64,000 nucleotides of DNA from positions 20,550 through 84,549 of IMG/VR virus record IMGVR_UViG_3300035698_003810. One strand, given 5' to 3'. Below the pieces are notes generated by a model. It was not told the DNA's origin, did no database searches, and saw only the letters and a list, made by a program, of their open reading frames with translations. Shown piece after piece: positions 56,844 to 64,000 of the stretch. The DNA comes from a virus. How positions within the stretch are numbered: the stretch's first letter is position 1; each line of letters starts with the position of its first letter. The translations under genes were made by a program, and so were the position numbers.

Positions 56844-57758
56844 ATGATTAAAAAAGTATTATGTTTAAAAGGTGGTGGAGCAAAAGGTTATGCTCAACTG
56901 CAAGTACTGAAAGCACTGGAAAAAGAATATGGCAAACCATTACATGAAGTTTATGATTTAATTGCCGGGACATCTGTGGGTGCTATCAATGCTGCATTAA
57001 TATCAACAGGTAAATTTTCAATGGATGAACTTGAAAAAATTTACCCAAGCGTATTAAAGAAAGTGTTTACTAAAAAATGGTATAGAGTTAAGAAACCTAA
57101 ATACCAAAGAAAATATTTTGAAAAAGAATGGAGTAAATTGGTAGGAACATCGTTTACAATGGGAGACTCCAAGACTAAGTTGATGTTAACTTCTGTAGAT
57201 TTGGTTAAGGATATAAATCATTTCTTTAAAAGCTGGCATTCAGAAATGTCAAAAGAGAAAATGGTTGACATTGTTTGTCGCTCATTTGCAGCACCAATGT
57301 ATTTTGGTCACATAGTTGACAAGAAGAATAAGATGGTGTGGTCTGATGGTGGCGTTGGAAATGCAAATCTTCCTTTAAATGAAGTTAAGACTCAAATTGA
57401 ATCATTCAAGTGGTATGATTTTCCGGGCAAAGGTGATAATCAGATACAAGTAGATGCTGTTGGTTGTTTGTATCATGACCCACACCATAAGTTCAGTGAT
57501 GTGTCAAAAGATAGATGGTTGAAACAGGTGATTGATTTTATGAATCCTGCTGGTGGCGGTTTGGCAAGGGTACAAAGTTCTCAAGACCAAGTGCGTATGA
57601 TGGAGTATCTATCAAGAAAAAATTCAAACATAACATTTAGATTTTGGGATAAGGACATTCCTAAAAAATTTGACAAATTAGATGGTATTAAGTATTTGCG
57701 TGAGTATAAAAAATATGGAATTGAAATGGCAAAGAAACCTTTACTTGATTTAGTGTAG
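56844..57758 (+). CDS. Patatin-like phospholipase
   Basis: GGGAKG, GTSVG nucleophile elbow, AAPMYF, DGG. Confidence 0.92.
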   Translation: MIKKVLCLKGGGAKGYAQLQVLKALEKEYGKPLHEVYDLIAGTSVGAINAALISTGKFSMDELEKIYPSVLKKVFTKKWYRVKKPKYQRKYFEKEWSKLVGTSFTMGDSKTKLMLTSVDLVKDINHFFKSWHSEMSKEKMVDIVCRSFAAPMYFGHIVDKKNKMVWSDGGVGNANLPLNEVKTQIESFKWYDFPGKGDNQIQVDAVGCLYHDPHHKFSDVSKDRWLKQVIDFMNPAGGGLARVQSSQDQVRMMEYLSRKNSNITFRFWDKDIPKKFDKLDGIKYLREYKKYGIEMAKKPLLDLV

Positions 57759-57774
57759 AATCGAAGGAGAAACC

Positions 57775-58164
57775 TTGACTACAAAATTGGTTACTGATAC
57801 AAACGAACGAAGCAAACAACAAGAAATGAAATTGAAGATTTGTCAATTTCCCAAGTGTAAAAAAGAATTTTTAGGAAGAGGTAAAACCAAATATTGTACA
57901 GAACACCGTAAACAAAAATATAAAAAGTTTTTGTATCAACGTCCTATAAGCAATGGCATTGGTGAAGCCAATGTCGTTGTTAAACATAAGCAAAGTAAAG
58001 CCGTTAAGGTTACACGTGTTTGTGGGTTGGATGGGTGTGAGTTTGAATATGAAATTACTCTTATTCCTAATCAAACAATATATCCTAAATTTTGTATTGA
58101 ACATCGAAATAAATACAAACGAGGTTATTTTATTAACAAACGGACTAAAGAGAATGAAATATAA
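57775..58164 (+). CDS. Double zinc-ribbon protein
   Basis: CQFPKC...YCTEH and CGLDGC...FCIEH; AAGGAG RBS, TTG start. Confidence 0.6.
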   Translation: MTTKLVTDTNERSKQQEMKLKICQFPKCKKEFLGRGKTKYCTEHRKQKYKKFLYQRPISNGIGEANVVVKHKQSKAVKVTRVCGLDGCEFEYEITLIPNQTIYPKFCIEHRNKYKRGYFINKRTKENEI

Positions 58165-58792
58165 AGAATGCCCAATATTACTGAGAACTGCACCCGGTGA
58201 AGTGTTAATTGCCAATTCTTTAATTAAGCGGTTCAAAGAACAGAACAAAGTGGATTTTGATTTAACAATTAATATTGATTTTTTATTAGAGGATAGCGGT
58301 GTATACATTCCATCCAAGAAACATAACATATATGTCAATCCTGATATGGCTATGTATACCACAGAAGATGATGCAGTCACAACTAAAAGTTATCATGGTT
58401 ATATAAATGATTGTTCGTTATTAGGAAACGTGATGCATGAGTTCGGCCACTTCTTATGTTATGAACCTTACAACGGAATAGTGGATGAATATAAAAAAGA
58501 TTTCCCAATCCAAAAAGATAGATTATATCTTTGTGCGTATTCAAATGAAACCATAGATGAAGAGATGGCAGAAATTATTAGATTGTATTTTTTGAATCCT
58601 CTATTGTTAAAATTGATAAACGAGAAAACGTATAAATTTTTTAGAAAGAAATTTAAATCTCCATCACCAACTTCACAAAGACACACAATTCAAATGGTTG
58701 ATGATTTCCCAATAACAATTAAAAATGAACTATATGATAAATGGAATATTGCTCATGATGTTAATATTGATAAAATTATAAAAGTGGGGTAA
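58154..58792 (+). CDS. Zincin metallopeptidase-like protein
   Basis: MHEFGH...YS..TIDEEMAE...YF.NP.LLK...KTYKFF; likely start ATG 58154. Confidence 0.65.
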   Translation: MKYKECPILLRTAPGEVLIANSLIKRFKEQNKVDFDLTINIDFLLEDSGVYIPSKKHNIYVNPDMAMYTTEDDAVTTKSYHGYINDCSLLGNVMHEFGHFLCYEPYNGIVDEYKKDFPIQKDRLYLCAYSNETIDEEMAEIIRLYFLNPLLLKLINEKTYKFFRKKFKSPSPTSQRHTIQMVDDFPITIKNELYDKWNIAHDVNIDKIIKVG

Positions 58793-58797
58793 ATAAT

Positions 58798-59052
58798 ATG
58801 GAATATAATGACGATGAAAAAATAAAAGTTCAAGTATTGCGAGTAGGTATTAACAATAATAAAAAAATCATTGTTGAAGCTAACCATGAAATGTTTAATG
58901 AAATGGAAGATATTGAGGCACTATATCTTTTAATCGGTGTATTAGAAGGACAAAAAATTAGATTACATGATAGAATTTGTGAAATTGAAATGGATAATAC
59001 AATCGAAGATGACGATGAGGAGTCAGGGAATAATAAATATGGGCTTTTTTAA
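58798..59052 (+). CDS. Hypothetical protein
   Basis: GGGG RBS; 84 aa. Confidence 0.45.
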   Translation: MEYNDDEKIKVQVLRVGINNNKKIIVEANHEMFNEMEDIEALYLLIGVLEGQKIRLHDRICEIEMDNTIEDDDEESGNNKYGLF

Positions 59053-59061
59053 TATTAGGTA

Positions 59062-59091
59062 TTGACTTTTTATATTACCACCGTATATATT
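59062..59091 (+). promoter_or_regulatory. Sigma70-type promoter
   Basis: TTGACT-18 nt-TATATT. Confidence 0.55.
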
Positions 59092-59116
59092 ATTACCACA
59101 TTGATTATGATACGAA

Positions 59117-59368
59117 TTGAAAAGGGAGCAAATGGAAATTAAAGAAAATTGGAAGCCGGTATATATCAAACCTGAAGATTTTAGGTATTGGCCTAAAATC
59201 CGGGAAGCATACAATTCTCCAGACATGCAGTATGAAAGCACCAATGGAGAACCTGCATTTAAGAGAGTGTTATATAAAGGTATAAAAAATCCACCAATTT
59301 TTCTTGTTGTTGTTGAATTTCAAAGCGAGAACCAATCAATGATTAATGTCTTTGAAATACTGTCATAA
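59117..59368 (+). CDS. Hypothetical protein
   Basis: ORF between two promoters; start uncertain (59117 or 59132). Confidence 0.45.
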   Translation: MKREQMEIKENWKPVYIKPEDFRYWPKIREAYNSPDMQYESTNGEPAFKRVLYKGIKNPPIFLVVVEFQSENQSMINVFEILS

Positions 59369-59385
59369 AAAAGTTGAGAAATAAC

Positions 59386-59414
59386 TTGACATGAAATTGG
59401 GACTAAATTATATT
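59386..59414 (+). promoter_or_regulatory. Strong sigma70-type early promoter
   Basis: TTGACA-17 nt-TATATT followed by GTATCAAAAAACAAA. Confidence 0.75.
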
Positions 59415-59466
59415 AAGGTATCAAAAAACAAAAAGTAAAAAACAAACAAATTGAGGAGGATACAAT

Positions 59467-59778
59467 ATGCCATCAGTAATTATGTTAAAGTTGTTCTTGT
59501 TATTAATTCTATTAGCTGTACTTTATGGGTTGTATAAAGTGGTAGTATCTCTGTTTTCTTCTGTTGATAAAGATGTAGCTATTAAAAACAGAAAAGACGA
59601 AATCAAAGATACTGCTAATATAGTATCCGACATCCAAAAATTTCAAAAGAAAAATCGTGATGATATTGAAGCGGAGAAAAAGAATGATGAAAGTATTTAT
59701 GCATTTATAAACAATGAAACTATTAACTCTACTGAGGAGAAAGGAGAACCAAAAATAAACCTCGAAAAATCAGAGTGA
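59467..59778 (+). CDS. Single-TM membrane protein
   Basis: GAGGAGG RBS; N-terminal hydrophobic helix; precedes SPFH gene. Confidence 0.55.
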   Translation: MPSVIMLKLFLLLILLAVLYGLYKVVVSLFSSVDKDVAIKNRKDEIKDTANIVSDIQKFQKKNRDDIEAEKKNDESIYAFINNETINSTEEKGEPKINLEKSE

Positions 59779-59853
59779 TATAAAATCATGTGTTGAAATA
59801 AACACACACAATCGTTCGTAAACTAAATTTGAATTTATTGAAAAGGAGTCATT

Positions 59854-61050
59854 ATGACAAAAGGCGAAATTTTTAAAGGTACTATAATAGTCGGTCTCGT
59901 TGCTGTAGTTATTGCTATCTTCGTTGGTTTTAGTTCAATCACAGAATTCATCGACAATGATGAGTACGCTATTCACCAATCAGCAATTAAAGGTAAATTG
60001 ACAGTATGGAACTCACCGGGTTTACATTGGCAGTGGTTTGGTAAAGTAGTTACATATAAAAAACAGGGTGACATATACTTATCTGCCGATGCTCTTGATG
60101 GTGGTAATGGTGATGACGTTCAGGCTGTAAGAGTACAATTCCCGGATGGACATGCCGACATTGATGTTGTTACACGTTATCAACTATCATTGAATGAAGA
60201 CATTCAGAAATCTCTTTACCAACAAATTGGTAATGAAGAAGCAATCACACGTCTCATGAGACAGCAAATCCTTGAAGCTGTAGGACAGGTTGGCCCTCTC
60301 ATGTTAAGTTCTGATGCATACGCTGACCGTAGACCTGACATTGCCCGTCTCGGTAGAGAAATGACATTGATTGGTATTTATGCTGCTGGTGTGACACGTG
60401 ATACTACTGGCTACGATAAAGATAAAAATCCTATCCTTATTAAACAGTATGGCGTTCTCATGGAAAATAACAAAGCAGTTGTAACGAAAGAATCTATACT
60501 TGCTGATTATGCAATATCATTTCCAGTGTTTAACTGCAAAGGTATGAAGTTTGATAGTAAAACAGTTGCCTTAATCGAAGCGAAGAAAGATGCCAAGAAA
60601 GCAAAGCAGGACGCTATTACAGCATTTGAAAACGGTCAGGCTAAAGTTGCTACTGAAAAAGCTACACAGGAAGTTGAAAAAATCAAACAAGTTACTATTG
60701 CTGAGAAAGAAAAAGATGTTGCGGTACTTAACGCTACGAGAAAGAAAGAAGTTGCAGAGCTTGCAGCACTTGAAGCAAAAGAAAAGAAGAAAGCAAAAGT
60801 ACTCATGGCACAAGCTAAGAAAGCTGAACTTGACATCGCTGATGGTCTTTCAGAACTTGCTAAGTATACCATTGACAAACAGACAGAAGCTACAATCGAA
60901 TCTGCTAAATTCTATTCCAAATGGGTTGGCCCTCAGATAGTTGTAACTGGTCAGGGTGGCGGTTCAGGTGGAAGTGGTCTTGGTGATGTACTGATGCTTG
61001 AACGCTATCAGGCAATGCTTAAGAACAAATCTGAAATTGGTGTTAAATAA
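59854..61050 (+). CDS. SPFH/band-7 (prohibitin/flotillin-like) membrane protein
   Basis: N-terminal TM, PGLHWQWFGKVVTY, Ala/Glu/Lys coiled coil (AEKEKDVA...AKEKKKA), VGPQIVV. Confidence 0.8.
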   Translation: MTKGEIFKGTIIVGLVAVVIAIFVGFSSITEFIDNDEYAIHQSAIKGKLTVWNSPGLHWQWFGKVVTYKKQGDIYLSADALDGGNGDDVQAVRVQFPDGHADIDVVTRYQLSLNEDIQKSLYQQIGNEEAITRLMRQQILEAVGQVGPLMLSSDAYADRRPDIARLGREMTLIGIYAAGVTRDTTGYDKDKNPILIKQYGVLMENNKAVVTKESILADYAISFPVFNCKGMKFDSKTVALIEAKKDAKKAKQDAITAFENGQAKVATEKATQEVEKIKQVTIAEKEKDVAVLNATRKKEVAELAALEAKEKKKAKVLMAQAKKAELDIADGLSELAKYTIDKQTEATIESAKFYSKWVGPQIVVTGQGGGSGGSGLGDVLMLERYQAMLKNKSEIGVK

Positions 61051-61070
61051 GAAGCCGGGAATGAAGAACA

Positions 61071-61078
61071 TATAAATA
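61071..61078 (+). promoter_or_regulatory. Late promoter TATAAATA abutting terminator
   Basis: Exact consensus immediately 5' of hairpin. Confidence 0.55.
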
Positions 61079-61079
61079 T

Positions 61080-61113
61080 AAAAAGGCACGGCTATTATAG
61101 CTGTGCCTTTTTT
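61080..61113 (+). terminator. Rho-independent terminator
   Basis: AAAAAGGCACGGCTA-tta-TAGCTGTGCCTTTTTT, one G-U. Confidence 0.82.
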
Positions 61114-61139
61114 CTAATTTTAATTGAATGGAGTTTATC

Positions 61140-61259
61140 ATGGTTAAATTTTTAAAAGTAGTCGCAATAGGTATAGCAGTCATCTTTGTTGGTCGTATTC
61201 TTATTGACAAAGCGGTTGAGTATGCAGATGATTTAGATACTGAAGGGTATGACAACTAA
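61140..61259 (+). CDS. Small membrane peptide (39 aa), not in ORF track
   Basis: GGAG RBS; MVKFLKVVAIGIAVIFVGRILIDKAVEYADDLDTEGYDN. Confidence 0.6.
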   Translation: MVKFLKVVAIGIAVIFVGRILIDKAVEYADDLDTEGYDN

Positions 61260-61275
61260 AGGAAAAACAGGATTA

Positions 61276-61446
61276 ATGTCAAAAACAAAACACGGTTCTT
61301 TCAAATGTAATTTATGTGGTGTGGATAGCAGAGGATAAGTAAGAATGGAAGGTTTTTCAATTGTAAACGGTAGAAGATTTTTAAGACCTGTCGGAGAAGC
61401 AGAGATTCATATTTGTACTGAATGTAAAGAAGCATTAAGTAAATGA
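61276..61446 (+). pseudogene. Zinc-finger ORF interrupted by in-frame TAA
   Basis: MSKTKHGSFKCNLCGVDSRG*VRMEGF...HICTECKEALSK*; TAA at 61336-61338. Confidence 0.55.
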
Positions 61447-61619
61447 AATTAAAGAACATTAGGTGCTCAAATTGTAAAGGTGTTGTTGACGAAAAAGAAA
61501 TGGTATGCATAGGATGTGGTTCAAAGTGTATAATAATACATGGAGGAATGATATCCTATGCTGTTTTTGAATTTAGATATAATTATGAAAAAAGTAGTTT
61601 ACATAATAGGGATAGTTGA
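61443..61619 (+). CDS. Small zinc-ribbon protein (58 aa), not in ORF track
   Basis: MKLKNIRCSNCKG...VCIGCGS; ATGA overlap with upstream stop. Confidence 0.5.
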   Translation: MKLKNIRCSNCKGVVDEKEMVCIGCGSKCIIIHGGMISYAVFEFRYNYEKSSLHNRDS

Positions 61620-61821
61620 CAAATACGATTGCATACATTCAAAAGCATTTTACGGTGATGGTTGGCTGGAAAAAACCCATTCGCACTATTGGGATGAGAG
61701 GCACAGGAGATGGCGTTGGAGTGAGAAGGAAGGCTTTCACTGCTACATGCATTACGACTTCACCACTGTAGAGTGGGATGATATTATGCACCATTGTAAA
61801 AAAAGATATAAGTTAATTTAA
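61585..61821 (+). CDS. Hypothetical His/Trp-rich protein
   Basis: ORF track 61558..61821; start 61558 or 61585. Confidence 0.45.
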   Translation: MKKVVYIIGIVDKYDCIHSKAFYGDGWLEKTHSHYWDERHRRWRWSEKEGFHCYMHYDFTTVEWDDIMHHCKKRYKLI

Positions 61822-61835
61822 CGGAGGATATTCGG

Positions 61836-62333
61836 TTGAGTAAAGAAAAGTTTAAGTTGTTTTATGGTGGGATTTACAGTCAGTGGAAATTGGCAAAGAT
61901 GTATGACCCGAAGTTGGATTTGGTTTTCAATTGTTGTGAGCAATACATGATGTATCATAAAGCGATGTTATTTAATGATACTGAAATTGCTGAGAAGATT
62001 ATGGAAAATCATGACCCAATGGCACAAAAGAAAATGGGCAGACAGGTTAAAAATTTCAATGTTGATAAATGGGAAGCAATTGCACGTGGTATTGTTGAGC
62101 ATGGCAACTACCTTAAGTTTACTCAGAATAGAAAACTACTCATTGAACTGATGCAGGATGTTAAAGATGGCTATACAACATTTGTTGAGGCATCTCCCTT
62201 TGACAAGATATGGGGAATTGCTTTAGGTGAAGATGACCCGGACTGTCTTGACAGAACGAAATGGTTAGGGCTTAATTGGTTAGGTGAATGTATTACAAAT
62301 GTTAAAGACCGCTTGGTAAAGGAGCTACTGTAA
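61836..62333 (+). CDS. NADAR family N-glycosidase (YbiA/T4 30.3-like)
   Basis: FNCCEQYMMYHKAMLF...QKKMGRQVKNF...GNYLKFTQN...FVEASPFDKIWGI...GLNWLG. Confidence 0.93.
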   Translation: MSKEKFKLFYGGIYSQWKLAKMYDPKLDLVFNCCEQYMMYHKAMLFNDTEIAEKIMENHDPMAQKKMGRQVKNFNVDKWEAIARGIVEHGNYLKFTQNRKLLIELMQDVKDGYTTFVEASPFDKIWGIALGEDDPDCLDRTKWLGLNWLGECITNVKDRLVKELL

Positions 62334-62927
62334 ATGTCAGAAGAAAAACAAGAAACAGAATTTAATCCAGATGATATCAAATTAAATGAAGACACAAAAA
62401 AAGGATTAAAAGGACTACGTGAATTCATTCAGTATTGGGAAAGTGACCTTAAGGTGTATGCACGTAAGAGTATTGAAATTGGATTGCCATTGTATATTGA
62501 ATTATCTCAGGTGTCAAGTGATACAGAACGATTTGTTAAAGAAAATGATATCGTTGGTATTAAAAATGCACAAGGCGAATTTACATATCAATATACTGAC
62601 GGTAGAAATTTAAGTGTAGCCGATGCAAAAGTAATTGGAGCATTCCAAAAACATGGTGATAAAATATTTGCTGAAAGTCAAAAAACTGGAATTGTTGATT
62701 TCTTTGCAATTCATAGTATCAGTGAAATGATGTATGCTGTGGATGATGATATTAATAATTTCAAAAACCCGGCAATACACATGCTCAAGGTTTACGGTAA
62801 CTTTACAGATGCAAATTATTTCATCGATGTGTTTAAAGATAAAGATGATTGTGAAGAAGCTGAATACTATAGAGGCTTGGCAACGAAAATTGAATATGCA
62901 TTTGGTATACTGAAAGATGTTAAATAA
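62334..62927 (+). CDS. Hypothetical protein
   Basis: AAGGAG RBS; 197 aa. Confidence 0.5.
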   Translation: MSEEKQETEFNPDDIKLNEDTKKGLKGLREFIQYWESDLKVYARKSIEIGLPLYIELSQVSSDTERFVKENDIVGIKNAQGEFTYQYTDGRNLSVADAKVIGAFQKHGDKIFAESQKTGIVDFFAIHSISEMMYAVDDDINNFKNPAIHMLKVYGNFTDANYFIDVFKDKDDCEEAEYYRGLATKIEYAFGILKDVK

Positions 62928-63026
62928 GATTAAAACTCGATATTGTAAAGATAATAATATAGAGTTAGTAAGAATTCCTTATTGGGATTTTAATAAAATT
63001 GAAAATCTAATAGGAGGTGGTTTAAT

Positions 63027-63525
63027 ATGAACTTGACTAAAATAAAACTCGTTATTTCGGGTGGTCAAGTTGGATGAAGCCGATTCGGGTGGATTAATGG
63101 CTGCATATGATGTGGGCATCCCTACAGGGGGAATTGCACCGAAAGGCTATCGAACTAAATATGGTAACAATCTCAAACTTAAATCTCTTGGTTTGGTGGA
63201 GCATGACTCATGGGAGTATGCTCCCCGGACAGAAGAGAATGTTAAAAATAGTGATGGTACAATCAGGTTTGCTTATAATTTCATGAGTGCCGGAGAGTTG
63301 TGTACATTACGATATATAAAGAAACACAAGAAACCACGTTTTGATTTTGATTTGAATGATGTTGGAAATTATCTTGTGTTTGATTTTCTTGAATGGATTG
63401 ATGAAAATAAAATTAAAGTATTGAATGTTGCTGGTAATGCCGGGAATGATATTGATGAATCCAAAAAGATATTCTCTCTTGTCAGGCAAACATTGAACTG
63501 TTGGTTAAGGAGGTGTAATGAGTGA
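63027..63525 (+). pseudogene. SLOG-family (putative molybdenum carrier-like) protein with frameshift near 5' end
   Basis: AGGAGG RBS + MNLTKIKLVISGGQVG-TGA; continuation ADSGGLMAA...GGIAPKG...RTEENVKNSDGT...LNVAGN in +1 frame. Confidence 0.7.
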
Positions 63526-63892
63526 TTTTAAATATTTGACAGATGGTTATGCTAACATTATGAGGCTTGGTGAATTTGTAACTGAAGTAAAAGACTTGAC
63601 AGATATACAAATTGAATCTGGTGATACACCAAACACAGTATTCTTTCACATGATGTCAGAGATTGGTGAAGTTGCTGAAGCGATGGCTGCTGAAGGTGGT
63701 AGCTTGACAAAGAAGCACAAGAAGATGGATGAAACAGCAAAGGAAGAAATGGTTGACGTAATACAGTGTGCATTGTCTTTGTACTTCTCTCTTGGAGGAG
63801 ACACAAAACATTTATCTGAATATGGTAAAAAGAAAAATGCTAAATGGATTAAAGCACAAAATGAATCAAAACAAATTGACGAAGGAGTTTAA
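63518..63892 (+). CDS. MazG-like nucleotide pyrophosphohydrolase
   Basis: MSEIGEVAEA...KEEMVDVIQCAL...KNAKW. Confidence 0.82.
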   Translation: MSDFKYLTDGYANIMRLGEFVTEVKDLTDIQIESGDTPNTVFFHMMSEIGEVAEAMAAEGGSLTKKHKKMDETAKEEMVDVIQCALSLYFSLGGDTKHLSEYGKKKNAKWIKAQNESKQIDEGV

Positions 63893-63893
63893 A

Positions 63894-64000
63894 ATGGATT
63901 ATGTAAAAGAAATTAAAAAGTTTGAAAAGAGTCCACTGTTTAAGAATGCCTATAGTAAATTTATAGCAACACTTAAATTGTCAGGACAAACATTCCCATC
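63894..64000 (+). CDS. Hypothetical protein (3' partial)
   Basis: AAGGAG RBS, ATG 63894, open to window end. Confidence 0.5.
   Translation, partial: MDYVKEIKKFEKSPLFKNAYSKFIATLKLSGQTFP

Noticed and set aside
62932-62992. Imperfect hairpins between ORF 62334 and the SLOG gene
   Set aside because: AT-rich, mismatched stems; possible weak terminator but not supportable
118-63806. Minus-strand and nested short ORFs in the track (e.g. 18026-18517, 27383-27604, 49747-50253, 50695-51237)
   Set aside because: Antisense shadows of + strand genes with biased composition; no RBS or motifs; the + strand is already fully tiled
1-64000. Alternative genetic code (TAG or TGA recoding as in some jumbo phages)
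   Set aside because: Long genes are intact in code 11; TAG and TGA end genes right at the next RBS/ATG (e.g. 13966, 36158, 55999); the three broken genes have three different lesion types
1-64000. tRNA, rRNA or large ncRNA genes
   Set aside because: No cloverleaf/TTCGA arm pattern in the intergenic gaps, which are short and explained by promoters, terminators or micro-ORFs; a covariance search was not possible

Overview
AT-rich (about 30% GC by eye) segment of a large T4-like/jumbo myophage genome; essentially every credible gene is on the + strand and uses the standard code with Shine-Dalgarno sites. 1-26 kb: contractile-tail baseplate and fibre module (gp53-, hub-, gp5-, gp25-, gp6-, gp7-like, fibres, gp3-like), then regA and acidic head-type proteins. 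28.6-39.7 kb: a cluster of glycosyltransferases, methyltransferases and a B12 radical-SAM enzyme. 40.6-51 kb: a run of small enzymes (two ART-fold proteins, SprT protease, GNATs, cysteine hydrolase, HAD phosphatase, PcfJ-like, SWIM) that share short N-terminal leaders ending in (L/I)-x-E, four of them starting with an identical 18-nt MSILNE module, interrupted by a self-contained CCA-adding-enzyme cassette. 51-64 kb: early-type genes (NAD ligase, nucleotidyltransferase, patatin, SPFH, NADAR, SLOG, MazG). Best candidates for undescribed biology: (1) a Ser-Ala dipeptide massively enriched in tail/baseplate proteins, next to a phage-encoded glycan factory (candidate virion glycosylation sequon); (2) a leader-tagged, capsid-packaged enzyme arsenal; (3) TATAAATA late promoters built into hairpins, including an RBS-masking hairpin on a patatin gene; (4) apparent GATC/CCWGG/GGWCC avoidance. 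All family calls come from motif recognition by eye, with no database searches, and all counts are hand counts.
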